A stretch of 64,000 nucleotides of DNA. It comes from Octopus sinensis (taxonomy: Eukaryota). Positions 1 through 12,600 of the stretch are shown here, one piece after another. The translations under genes and the position numbers were made by a program. How positions within the stretch are numbered: position 1 is the stretch's first letter; each line of letters begins with the position of its first letter. Location: the NCBI RefSeq assembly GCF_006345805.1, contig NC_043009.1, positions 69,564,001 through 69,628,000 of the forward strand, written 5' to 3'. The notes below the pieces were generated by a model. That model worked only from the letters and a program-made list of their open reading frames with translations. It searched no databases and had not been told where the DNA came from.

Positions 1-1350
1 TGGTGTTATGGGTTGGATGGTTTGACGGGAGTTGGCCATCTGGAGCGCTGCCTGGTTTCCATTTGTCTGGATATCCTTTGTAATGCTTCTATGTGGCATC
101 AGCATGAACGCTTTCTCATGGTGCCAACATGAATGCTTCCATGTAGGAGTACCAGCATAGGTATTTTATGTGACACCTGCATGGACACTTTTATGTGGCA
201 CTTATACAGGTGCTTTTATACTTGGCTGCTCGTATGCATGGGGAGTCATGAATTTACTTAGCGTGACGGGTGTTCTGAAGCACAAACCACCAGAAGTCTT
301 GGTCCCTAGACATCTCTTCTGTGAAGCCCAACGTCTGAAGATCCTTTCTCACTGCTTCGTCCCACATCTTTCTGGCTCTAAACCTTCCATACATTTACTC
401 TACAATTAGAGATCGGCACTTCTTGATACATCCGTCCTCATCCTTACGCATCACATGACCATACCAGTGCAATCTTCTCTCTTGCACACTATTCCTGATG
501 TCTCGTCTGCCCAATTTTTCTCTCAAATCACTCACATTCTGTCAAACATGCATATTACCCATCAAGCCTTTGCATGGTCCTCAGTAGTCACAGCACATGT
601 CTCACTGCCATGTAGCATAGCTGTTCGTACACAGGTATTATACAATCTACCTTTCACTCTGAGAAAGAGACCCTTTGTTATCAACAACGGTTGGATCACT
701 TTGGACTTTGCTATGTTTTGAGAAGCGTCTCTTCCACTGCTAAGTTGGTTACCTAAGTAACAGAAACTACCTATGATTTCTAAGAACCACCCCGGACATT
801 TGACGGAGTTTATTTTCTGTACGTTACTAGTGTTTTATATGTAGCACATCTTCCACATATGAAGACTACTTTCTCTGTTAACCTTCCAGTGATACTGCCA
901 AACACCACTTATGTATCCGTCACTTGCACTGGATACTCCGTGTGGTGTTTCTACCAAAACCATTTCTACATATCGATCAGGACCATCTAACTGAAGGGAT
1001 CAGTGATTTGTCTGTTTTCCTACTTTCTAGGATTTTGGTCATTCTTAAATTAAGTCTTGATTCCAGACCTTGGTTCTACACCTGAAATTTCTTCTCTACT
1101 CCTGTAAGTAAATAGAGCAAGGTTATCAGCACAGAGGAGCTCCCAAGGGATCCTGTTTTAAATTCCTCTGTTGTGGCCCGGAGGACTATAATAAACAGGA
1201 GGGAGCTGGAAACCAATCCAAGGTGAACTCTTACCTGTAAACTAAATTCCTTGCTCTACTCATTGCCCTCACCGACCATTCTTCTATCCTTAGCTTCTGT
1301 ATTGCTCACCAGATAAGAGAATGAGGGACCGTGACGAAGGCTTTCTCCAT
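1..1350 (-). mobile_element. Degenerate RTE-clade LINE, 3' part (RT C-terminus, Cys-rich insert, C-terminal domain, 3' tail)
   Basis: Minus-strand translation across frameshifts gives EFSLQVRVHLGLVSSSLLFIIVL..CADNL (degenerate PQG/YADD region), KGRLYNTCVRTAMLHGSET, ERRLHWYGHVMRKDEDGCIKK and RKMWDEAVRKDL, all typical of RTE ORF2. Stops and frameshifts are present. Confidence 0.85.
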
Positions 1351-2021
1351 GTTACACACATAGTTAACACATTATTCTAGATAAATAAGGCGACATATAC
1401 ATACATACATACATATGTGTGTGTGAATAGTAAAATAAAGAACATTAACTGCATCGAGTGTTGGTAGGATACGGTAGATATGCAAATACCATATCCAATT
1501 TAAACTGTAGATCCGACTCTTACTATAGATCCGTTGTGGCTTTTATAATTTGGGACAACTGTTTCGCTAGAATTTTATTGATTTAGTGCATTCCTAAAGG
1601 GTTACATCATCATATACAACCCACGTTCACCAGGTAATGTTTTAAACAGATCAGGCTTTAAACATCGACCCACACATAGCTAACATTAACTGGAGTGTAA
1701 TTCTTAACTTTTACATTCAAATGCAGAGGGTAATTAGGTGTGGCTTAAGACAGCAAATAAGAAACAAAGAGATCGTATAAATAATATACAACCTATATTC
1801 ACTTATCTAAATTGGTTTATGGTTTAACAATGACGCACAATTATCTAAGAATCAATAGCTATATTATCGCCATGAGTTGTAATTAAAATGCCTTGAAGAC
1901 CTTAGCATATATATTGTCAGTTAAAGGAGACGTGTCAAGAAGTTCACCGACCACCAGCATCAAACATCAGTCATCAAAGTTCATCCGCCCCTATTCATAA
2001 TATGTACAATAGATACACGCA

Positions 2022-2060
<39 letters not shown>

Positions 2061-2065
<5 letters not shown>

Positions 2066-2338
2066 CGTGATCACCGTGACCGACCAGGCTATCGCTGGTC
2101 ACAATGCGCTTCGCATTGTTTTAGCCTTCAAATGACGCCACCCCGCTGGCTAAGCGAGAAGGCAAACAGAAAAAAGAGTGAGAGAAAGTTGTGGTGAAAG
2201 AGTACAGCAGGGAACGCCACCCCCCTGCCGGAGACTCGTGGAGCTTTTTAGGTGTTTTCGCTCAATAAACACTCACAACGCCCGGTCTGGGAATCGAAAC
2301 CGCGAGTCCGCTGGCCTAACCAATGGGCCATTGCGCCT

Positions 2339-2340
<2 letters not shown>
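2061..2340 (-). mobile_element. tRNA-derived SINE, copy 1 of a tandem triplet
   Basis: Minus-strand head GGAGGCGCAATGGCCCATTGG (A box) and GGTTTCGATTCC (B box), with a CACGGTGAT repeat tail; homologous to the copy at 25534-25845. Confidence 0.85.
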
Positions 2341-2378
<38 letters not shown>

Positions 2379-2385
2379 TATATAT

Positions 2386-2674
2386 ATCACCGTGATCACC
2401 GTGATCACCGTGACCGACCAGGCTATCGCTGGTCACAATGCGCTTCGCATTGTTTTAGCCTTCAAATGACGCCACCCCGCTGGCTAAGCGAGAAGGCAAA
2501 CAGAAAAAAGAGTGAGAGAAAGTTGTGGTGAAAGAGTACAGCAGGGAACGCCACCCCCCTGCCGGAGACTCGTGGAGCTTTTTAGGTGTTTTCGCTCAAT
2601 AAACACTCACAACGCCCGGTCTGGGAATCGAAACCGCGAGTCCGCTGGCCTAACCAATGGGCCATTGCGCCTCC
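2386..2674 (-). mobile_element. tRNA-derived SINE, copy 2 of the triplet (one extra 9-bp tail unit)
   Basis: Identical by eye to copy 1 except for three rather than two ATCACCGTG units. Confidence 0.85.
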
Positions 2675-2688
2675 ATATATATATATAT

Positions 2689-2968
2689 ATCACCGTGATC
2701 ACCGTGACCGACCAGGCTATCGCTGGTCACAATGCGCTTCGCATTGTTTTAGCCTTCAAATGACGCCACCCCGCTGGCTAAGCGAGAAGGCAAACAGAAA
2801 AAAGAGTGAGAGAAAGTTGTGGTGAAAGAGTACAGCAGGGAACGCCACCCCCCTGCCGGAGACTCGTGGAGCTTTTTAGGTGTTTTCGCTCAATAAACAC
2901 TCACAACGCCCGGTCTGGGAATCGAAACCGCGAGTCCGCTGGCCTAACCAATGGGCCATTGCGCCTCC
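2689..2968 (-). mobile_element. tRNA-derived SINE, copy 3 of the triplet
   Basis: Identical by eye to copy 1. Confidence 0.85.
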
Positions 2969-3034
2969 ATATATATATATATACACACATACATACATAC
3001 ATACATACATACATACATACATACATACATACAT

Positions 3035-4030
3035 CTCAAGAAACACTCTTCTTGATGATATCCTATATATATCCCCAAAACAGCTGGGCTCTCTTATCTC
3101 AGAGAAGACCTGGATGGAAAGCACTCAGCATACAAGAAAAGGACCCTGCATGGGTATGTTATTTGGAAGCTCGAAAAAGACAGTAGAATTGGCACAAAGC
3201 GCAGCCCCACTTGAAGATAAGACCACTACATCACATCACACTTTGAAGGCTATGCTTTTGCAATCCAAGAACAGGAGATTGCCACAAAGTGCCTGGTGAG
3301 CAAGAGAGACAGTGACGTTCTTGTAATCCCGAGGTGCAACCGCATTTGTAGGCTACGTCATGTTTCTGTGGAAGACATCACGCATGTGATCAGCGGCTGT
3401 CCTAAAATGTCGTCACGATACTACTTCCCTATGCAGCACGATGTTGTTGCTAAAACAATTTACAATGCCATCCGCAAAAAAGACTGTCCTGAAATAAACT
3501 TAGAAAATCCCTTTGTTGTGGAAATACATTCATAAACATCAATTCAAAGAATATTCCCATCAAAACGTCTGTCAAATGTAAATATAACAGACCGGAGATT
3601 GTTGTTTCGGACAGAGGGGCAAATGTATGTACCATCATAGAGGTCAGCTGCCCTGTAGATATAAATATCTCTTTGAAAATCAAAGAAAAAAAGGATATCT
3701 ATGGACAACTACTTCGAAACCTCCAGCTTCTATATCCAGACTATGAATTCATATTCATACCAATAATAATTGGAGCACTAGGCTTTGTTAGGAAATGCTA
3801 AAAGGAGAATCTGGATAAACTGGGATGTTCAGAAAGAGAAATTGACCGGCTAATTCGTACATTAGAAGTTCAATCTGTGAGTGGAACAATAAAAATATGC
3901 AAGTCTTTTCTCAAATTCCAAATGTGAATTTGTCTGTGTTAACTATATTCCAAAGATGGAGCCTCGTATCTTTGTTGGAAACCGGTTCCCACCTCAGTCG
4001 AAGATTTATAATAATTAATTAAAAAAAAGA
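3035..4030 (+). mobile_element. 5'-truncated R4/Dong-clade non-LTR retrotransposon (CCHC knuckle plus restriction-like endonuclease)
   Basis: Translation gives FEGYAFAIQEQEIATK, CRLRHVSVEDITHVISGCPK (CCHC), HDVVAKTIY, KYNRPEIVV..IIEVSCP and PIIIGALG..KICKSFLKFQM* (stop at 3925-3927), followed by a short 3' UTR and A run; (CATA)n lies on both sides. Confidence 0.85.
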
Positions 4031-4394
4031 CACATACATACATACATACATACATACATACATACACATAAACCATACAATCAGTAATACCTTGTTGTTG
4101 ATGTAGAAAATCCAATGAAGGAGCCGTGGATCTAGTTTAGAAAACGGCTCTTTCTCTACTGGCAAAAAATCTTGAAATAAAATTAAACAATGGCACACAC
4201 AGACACAAACATACACAGATACACACAGACACACACAGACACACACTTTATTCACTTTCATGTGTGACTTTATGCCACGAATGCGAGAAATCAGTATTCT
4301 ACATAAAAATAAAAAGAATAAAGTTCCTTTATCCTGCAGAATCGTAGGGTCGGTTTCCCAGATGTTCCGGCGTATATACTGCTCGCTTTCCTGG

Positions 4395-4565
4395 AGGAGA
4401 CACCGGTTCATTATAGGGATATTTACTTTTGCTCGGGGAGTGGATTGGAGCTACAAGAAATGAAGTGTTATACTCAAGATTACAATCCATCGCCCGATCC
4501 AGGAATCGAAAACACAATCTTACGCACATGAGTCCAACACTCTAACCACTAAGCCATGCACCTCC
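4395..4565 (-). mobile_element. tRNA-derived SINE fragment
   Basis: Minus-strand head TGGAGGTGCATGGCTTAGTGGTTAGAGTGTTGG..TTTCGATTCCTGG with A/B-box-like motifs. Confidence 0.6.
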
Positions 4566-5476
4566 ATTGTACTCTATTTATCATTCAGTAAATGAGAAAT
4601 AAAGATGTATAAACTATTTCAGTGAAGTAAAAGGTTAATGCAGAATAGAATTTCTCAGCTGTAATAATATGAAGCATGTCAAAACAACGGATTGAGACTA
4701 CACTTGTTTCACACGACATGCTTGACATCAATCGTATAACCTTCGACGCTCACTTGTATGGCACCAGTAGTTCAGCCGGTGTCTTAATGTCTTTCATCGA
4801 TAACGAAACTGCTTGGACGGTTTTGTTTGAAGACACTTACATAGATGGTTAATTCACTAATCTCGCTAAACGAGCCAGAACACAGAGTCAGCAGATGAGC
4901 AACATTTATCCTATTGAACCTAAACTAGACAGTCGATGATTCGGAGAATTCGTTAGTTGAAAATCTTTAACGCCGGATCTCTGAAGTCATGTGGAAGATT
5001 TTGTTTCTAGAATTATTGTGCAATTTCTGCGTCAAAAGACATCATGCACTGCTGGTGCTGCTTATCCAATGTAAACTCGGTTTGCGGACTGAAGGATCCT
5101 AACCGACAAAATTACACAACGTGAAAATATCGTGACGAATTAGAACTTGGTTTCTAATGATGTGAGAAATGCTCGTATTTCCTTGTAATAGCTTTATGGC
5201 AGTGGAAAAAAACCCATGCAGGTATATGGCAAGTGCTGTCCGGCTTCCTTACTATGTAACAGACCAGTGCTATATAAAAGCACACATACAACGACATACT
5301 CTCAAAATATAAAAATTGATCAGATAATATCGTTAAAACAATGAAATTTGCCAGGAACCTATAAGAAATGATGTTAAGTGCGCAAAAAAACTGATAATAC
5401 AACACTTATTTTACTCATTACTTTCGACTATAACGTAAAATTAATGATTTCCAGGTGAAAAAGGAAGTTATCGTGA

Positions 5477-5508
<32 letters not shown>

Positions 5509-5559
5509 ACAACCGCTGAGGTTAACTAAACTACCGACACAGCGGACGATAGCGATTCA

Positions 5560-6660
5560 GCACTGGGATCTCTAGACCAAGTTGAGATAGAAAGAAATAC
5601 TGAAAAAATAAAACTGCAAAAGAGTCCAATTATTCCTGAGCAAAGCAAAAGCAGATGCTGAGGTGTGCATGAGAGGGAAAACGTCGCGAAAATCAAAATA
5701 CATGATGCTGCCCTGAAGTTAGTGCTAAGTGAAATCTTATAAGGACATATAGAGCAGGAAAGGGCAGGATTAGGAATTAAGATTAAGGAAAGCAAACCTA
5801 TTAAGCACAAAGTATCAGCATGGAAGGTTAAGATCCTAAAAGAAAATAGATGCTCTGAGAGAAGAACTCTCCTTCTTGGACGAATTAGCAAGAGGTGTCA
5901 ACGTTAAAAACAAAACCAGAAAAAATAGCGCTTAGGAAACTGAAACAAAAACAAATGCAACTAAAAACACATAGACTACGTAGATACAAACCACGTAGAG
6001 ATTCTATAAGCGAAATAAACTATTCCAGATTGATGCGAAGAAGTTTTACAGGAAGAAAGGAAAAACCAAAAACAGAGATTAAAATTCCTTCCTTGATTGA
6101 TGAATTCACAAATTTTGGGAAAAAATATAGCGTGAGTCAAAAGAGCAAAATAACACAGGAAAGGAAAAAAAAAGATGGAAAATATTCTATAGAAAATATA
6201 TAAAGACATCTTTGTGGAAGTTGAGCTACTCTTAAAAGAGCTGCAAATTGAAAGGCTCCAGGAGCAGATAAGATCTCAAATTTCTGGCTATCTAATCACT
6301 CAGCATCATATAAACCATCGTATAAATTATATAAACTACCACATAAACCATCAGCCAAAGCTAACCCCTGCAAGGCTAGTGAAAGACATAACTTATCTTC
6401 TTGCCCAAATCCAACGAGACTCATAGCGAAAGGATATGAAATTCTGAGAACAATTTTGAATCTTTTAAAATCGAAAATATTACAACGAACGCTTAACGGA
6501 ATCTTAATCTTCGGAATCTGGTCTCCTTTCTCTAAATATCATTGTTACTTATAAATAACAGCTCCAGTCAAACATCTAACTTGCTGTTTCTTAGGGTCAT
6601 GGGTGAGACTTGAAGCAGCTTGTGTAATGCGAAGCAACATAGTAAACATAACAATAAGAA
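5560..6660 (+). mobile_element. Internally deleted R4/Dong-like retrotransposon remnant (second family)
   Basis: THRLRRY..NKLFQIDAKKFYRK resembles the pre-RT region of R4-clade ORFs; the 3' end runs into (AAC/GAT)n. Confidence 0.55.
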
Positions 6661-6779
6661 CAACAACATAAATGATGATGATGACGATGATGATGATGAT
6701 GAATACGCTGTGATAGAACTAGGACTTACGTGTGTTGAACTTGAAGAAAAGAAAACATATTAAAGCAGGATAATTTGTG

Positions 6780-7520
6780 AAAGAAAGCACTCGAAGAAAT
6801 GCCGACACATGGATTATTCACAAGAGACTCCGATAATGTGGAAAATCCCAACTGAAAGCGGGAGTGGCTCCGGAGTGGAGATTTGAAGATAGAAACTTAG
6901 AGTTTGTTAATGGCTCTTCAAATTCAACCATCAAAATACCAGCTGAATAAAGATGTACTGTATACTCTACTGATTCAATGGACCAGTGCCAGCTAGGTTA
7001 TCAATGAATGAAAAAATATTGATCCCATTACAGCAGGCTGTAAAATGTTAGCTGAGGAGAAAAAAAAGCAAAAGACAAAAAAAATGACAAAAACAAGTAA
7101 CGCCATAAAAATGTACCCCACAATTTAAACTCGTCACTTTATGAAAGATGATTACAATAGAGCTGGAAAGCAATAGAAGCATGTATTAGAGATGGCTGTG
7201 AATGAATTTAATAGCTGAAACATCCTGTACGATATTAACATCCTGCGAGAACAACTAAACACGGTAGGCGAGATGTTATTATACAATGTTGTAAATATAG
7301 AAATGTCTGGTAATCACCATTGCTAAACCTTCAAACAAAAACGTTGCAAAGAATAGAAAATTCTCGAAATATGAATCGAAATGTAGGAATGAAATATGAA
7401 TCAAGACTGAAAGCAATGCCAGTTAATATCGAAGAATTACGTTCAATTCAACTCTGCTCCGCTGCCAGAAATCTCACAGACTTCGGACGACGACTGAGCG
7501 TCAAGACAAACAAGTGAGTG
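6780..7520 (+). mobile_element. Highly decayed RLE-type LINE C-terminal remnant
   Basis: Weak motifs only (ITAGCKMLAE resembling the CCHC H..GC part; terminal QLCSAARNL). Confidence 0.3.
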
Positions 7521-8147
7521 CAACCAAAATCAGTCCTCATTAGAGAAGCTCATATTCGTAGAAAGGTTCGTCTGTTTAAAAGCTTTTGTTAAGGCCTGAC
7601 AGCAGGAAGAAAAAGAGCACAACAATAATGAGTAGTTTATATTTTGCTTGTTTGTTCCTTTTCGAGTCATGCCTGGCTCATAAGGGCCGGTTTTCCGGTT
7701 TCCTTGGCGCATAGGTTCCCCATCTGGACGGGACGCCGGTCCGTCGCAGGTGAGTTGTGGTACTGAAAAAACATTTTTCCCGATGCTCTAAGATTCTGTA
7801 GAATAAAGCAGAGAATGGTTGCATGAATAATATTGAGGAAGACTTACTTTTTGAAAGGTGTCGGGAATGATGGCGTATGAAGATAGTTCTTTGTATGTCT
7901 TTGGGCAGTTAGCTGGCTACTGCCAATACATTCTTCCGCTGCAAAAACAAAAAACAAAAACAAAGGTTAAAATAGGTAAATATCTATGAGACATACTTTA
8001 TTGCTGTAGAGCCCTTAAATATATAACATACTGTATAAACCATCATCGTGCGCGCGCACAAGTGTGTGTGTGTGTGTGTGCACGCGCGAGCACGTGCGTG
8101 CATGTTCTCTCTTTCTTTCTTTCTCTCTCTCTCTGTGGACGAGTGTA

Positions 8148-9057
8148 TACGAAGGAGTACTTAAAAGAAGCCATAATTTTGCATCATTATTTTATTCACT
8201 TAGTTTTACAGGTTTACACTTTTATCGCCTTTCAAAATATTCTCCATTTAAAGCAATGCATCGGCCCAGATGTATTTTCCATTGTTGGAAGCAGCCCTGG
8301 AACTCTTGCTCAGCGATGCCTTTTAATACCTCCATCTTTTTTTTCTCCACCTCTTCTACATCAACAAATTCCGTAGCAACAGCTTTCGTCACTGGTGACG
8401 ACCTTCGGAAAAAGGTCCGAATCAACTTCCAGCCCTTCTTTCAGTTCACGAAACGCACTCACCCGTGACTGCTTTTGATCTTCTGTGAGCAAGCGAGGCA
8501 CAAAGTTTGCTGCAACTCTTTTCATTCACAATTCCTTGCTCAAAGTTCATTGGAAAAAGGTCCAGGACACACCTGTCATATCAAGTTCGTCAATTATTTG
8601 GTAACGGTCCTCCAAGATCAGTTCATGAGTTTTCCTGATGTTTTCATTGGTTCGGGAGGTCGACGCTCGCTCTGAACCAGATTGGTCTTCAAGCGACGAG
8701 TGACCGTTTCTAAAGCGTGAAAACCACTCGTAAACTTTTGTATTTTGCTCATGGCGGCGTCCTTGGAAACTGTTTGAAGAATGACAACTATTTCGGTTGG
8801 CGTTTTCCCCAGCAGAAAACAGAATTTCACGGAAACACGCTGTCCCTTCGTTTCAGACAGCAAAAAAATCAACTAACAGGGAAGAAGCACTGCAAAACAA
8901 AGATGCATCACGTGGCAGTAAGACCACAGTAGAGAACGCGGGTCGGCAGGCTGATGCCTGAGGATTGCATCAAGTGGCTTCTAACGGCAGAAGCTTGAAC
9001 TACAACGGGGTTATTACACAGAAAACGTTTCCGGTTACTTTTGGGTACCCCCTCGTA
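8148..9057 (-). mobile_element. Internally deleted mariner-type DNA transposon
   Basis: Imperfect TIRs (TACGAAGGAGTACTTAAAAG and TACGAGGGGGTACCCAAAAG) flanked by TA; N-terminal QRVSVKFCFLLGKTPTEIVVILQT and C-terminal QEFQGCFQQWKIHLGRCIALNGEYFE transposase motifs. Confidence 0.85.
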
Positions 9058-9623
9058 TATACACGCGCGCACTTACGCACATACATAATACACACACACA
9101 GGCACACACATACATACAAATGCTTCTATACCAGCAAACTAGAAAATATATACGCAAACATGTTACGTCGCGTTCTAAATTAGTTTCTGCGTGAAACAAT
9201 TTCGATGATGGAATTTTAGAAAAACAGGACATGAAACGGATATAAAGAGAAGATATTAGAGTAAAAGATGGGAACTGAAGAGAATGAAAGAGAGCAGAAT
9301 ATTAAGTTGAAACTGGCTTTTGATGCGTTTCAGAAAAAAAAACGAGAACCCACCGAAGGATTGGATGCTGGTGTCTTACGCGTGCTTACGTAAATACATC
9401 ACACGGATACATGGCAAAACACCGATCGTTTCCACCCAACCAGTATCGACCCCACGCGGTGAGATACTGTACGACTGGCTGTGGCGCATCCCTCGGTGCA
9501 AAGGCGTCTCGTCAGGTGATTTTACAAGGGTATCTCGTTAAATAAACCCTCGGCATTAATGGCGCATGTTGTTAGTGACTGAAGGTGTAAGCCGTTGGGC
9601 AGGAATGGCGAGCGACGAATTCC

Positions 9624-9688
<65 letters not shown>

Positions 9689-12600
9689 TATGAGTATTAC
9701 TGGAGATACCAATAACAGAACAATTGTAATGAAAAAGCATATTTAAGGCTCAGGTTTGGTGGGTGAAACATAGTCGGAGGAGCAATTAAAGAAAGAAAGC
9801 GGTAGGCTGGATGGGTTTCAATGTAACAGATTTGAACTTCAGGAGCAGCTGTTACGGTTTTACCTCTGCTCCACCTTGACTCAGTAGGCCTATGATCAAA
9901 AGGCTAACCGTGACCATCCTGTACTTTTCTAGAATCCAGAAAGCCCAGAAACATTTTGCTCAACAACCTTATTTTGTTCAAATCGGAAACTACACATCAA
10001 GTTAACGAAGATTCTCAATCGAATTCCAGTTCCCCCGCTGCACGCCACGGCGCTTCATTTCATGATGCAGCCTCGATATGCGGTAAGATGTTGGGAGATA
10101 CGTTGAGTGGTTATGGACACATTGCTAAGTCTGGGGTCAACAGGATGGCTCCCTATGTGGCTGTATGACGTAATAGAGTTAACAACAAAATCTCAAATTA
10201 AATTCCACCCTACCATCTTAATAAAGAACATGTTAGATAACGTGGCCCCAACTTCCTAACGACAAAACAAATAAAATTTAAAAAAAAAATCAGGACGGAA
10301 TGCTTTTATCACACGTCTGTTCGATTAGCGTTGAACTTGGGCTAAACAACAACGGCAACAACAACATTTTTATTTAAAATGATTCCAATTCCCAAACGCT
10401 TATCTTGTATTCTATCGACTCAGCTATTCTCGTTCGGAAATATCACACAAACGCACTCCTCCTTTAATCTCCTTTAGCTTCCCCCCTTTTTTACTAGTCT
10501 CTATTGTTATTTTCTCATTATATTTCATACTAATTACTTTCTATTTAGTTATCTTCATTCCATTACAAATTTTTAACTCATGACTTGTTTTCTTCTTTGT
10601 TGGCAAAATATTTATTTAAATGGCTACTTAAATTATCCAGCTGGTTGGAGTTTGGAACTCACAAAGTAGAAACAAAATTATGAAATCACTTTTCCAGAAA
10701 CTTTACAAAAGACATAGTAATACATTCCAATACGCGTGAAATATAAAATATGAATTTCTAAATATAATATCGAAACTCTATTAATAAACACAATAAACGC
10801 ATTTTTTACTCTTCAAAAAAGATCCCTGCTCTCAACTGTCAGACTTCCACCACTCTTTCATAATACATTATTATTATTTATTTTATGAATAATAATAGAT
10901 TACCATCAAGGATCTTGGCTGGTTCTGGTATATGACTCATAGGGCAAGCAAGCAAAATTGTAGCCGAGAAAGCCACCCACCATATTCTCCATTTCAACCG
11001 GAGGGGACATTACTTGACGAATAGACTATGTGGGCTACAATTTTCAGTCAGGGATATTTTTTAAGGATGTAGGCGTGGACGAGAGGTTGACATTTAATTT
11101 ACAATGAACCCCATTGTAGGAATACCTTAAGCAAGAGAATAGTTTTCTTACCCTAGCCTCAGATCAACCCGAGCCTTATGATTGAAAGTGGACTAGTGGA
11201 AACTGTGCAGAAAACTGTTGCTTACACTGTCCCTGACTGTGCAAAGGTCCAGCCTTGTTGCCCTGTATCATTGTTGATTCTACTGGATGATTACGAGCAT
11301 GGAACCTAACTCACGCTTTCGAGGGTTGGGCTGTGTAGTGATTCAACCAAGTAAAGCGCTTATACGTTGTTTTCGACGGTGGGAGCGGGGACCATTTTAA
11401 TTATTCAAAACATTTTTAAATGAGGGAAACAGGAACACTTCTATGCTTGACCTTTTAGCAATAGCGTTTCTTCCAATGAAATGCTATTGTTTCCTTAAAA
11501 AAGGAACAAGCATGGTCCTACACACTGTCAATAGAACGAAATGATGGGACAAATACCTTTGGTAAACAACAGTGACAAACCTTGAAATGGATGTCTGACT
11601 TTGGTGTAAAGGGTTTCAGCACAACGGAGTAAAGGGTCTCGGTTGTTTGGGTTTTATTGATGACAAATATCAACACGGTATATATTGAGAACAGAATGAG
11701 ACAATCATCTTTGCAGAGAGCAATCAATGCGGAGTGCATAGAAAAGGTGGAAAACTTGCTCAATCTTTCAATTTGATCAAAGCAGGTAGGGACAACAACT
11801 CTGTCTCTCTTTTTCATGAAGATATACGTTGAGTGTTCGATTAGATCACGATTGAGCAATATTGATTTTAGTATTTTATAATAGTAGCAATAGTGGTGGT
11901 GGTGGTGGTGGTGGCAGTAGTAGTAGTAGGAATTACTCTTGTTTTTATTATTCCGTCTCAGTTCATTTCACATCAAGCAATGCTATGTTCGAAGGAATGG
12001 CCCTCAAAACATTTCCCAAGCACAAGGAACCCCAAAAATATTACCCAACACATTGACAGGATGTGGTCTGAGAGCGATTTGGTTACTATTTCTAACCTCT
12101 AAATTGACCATGTTGAGGTTCCTTCATTGTCATGACGCCGCTTGGGTTGAGTCAATGGAAACAAACGTTAGTCATGATTAAATTGTCTTGTTTTCAGTAT
12201 TTTTGTATCGCTGCGTAGAAGTGTGTATATACGTGTATATACGCAGTTGTATGTGCATACATGGGTGTGTATGTATGCGAATGAAGTTGATTGTATTTGT
12301 ATAGTTTTGTTATTCCGTTTTGAAGTGTCTGTCAAAGAAATTGGAGAGCTACGCAGAGAGATGGAAGATTTTTTTTGTTAATGTTAGCAGAGCAACAAAC
12401 ATAACAAAGTTTATATTCGGCGCAAAAAAGAAATGAAACGAGTCGAGGTTTGATTGGAGAAAAGCTACAAAACTAATAACTGGGTGTAGGCAACCACTTA
12501 AAAACTTGTTTGTAAATAGAAAGTTGATTGATTAAATGCACGAATCGCAACGAAGCAAGACATGAAGTGTTACATTGTAAGGATTCAAAACAGCAGAGAG

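Noticed and set aside
2290-2340. tRNA genes at SINE heads (here and at 25534, 48960-49020 and others)
   Set aside because: A/B boxes are present but there is no complete cloverleaf, and the sequences continue into SINE bodies.
9440-9530. CTGACGAGAC on the minus strand as a hammerhead start
   Set aside because: No GAAA after a closable stem II and no stem I partner.
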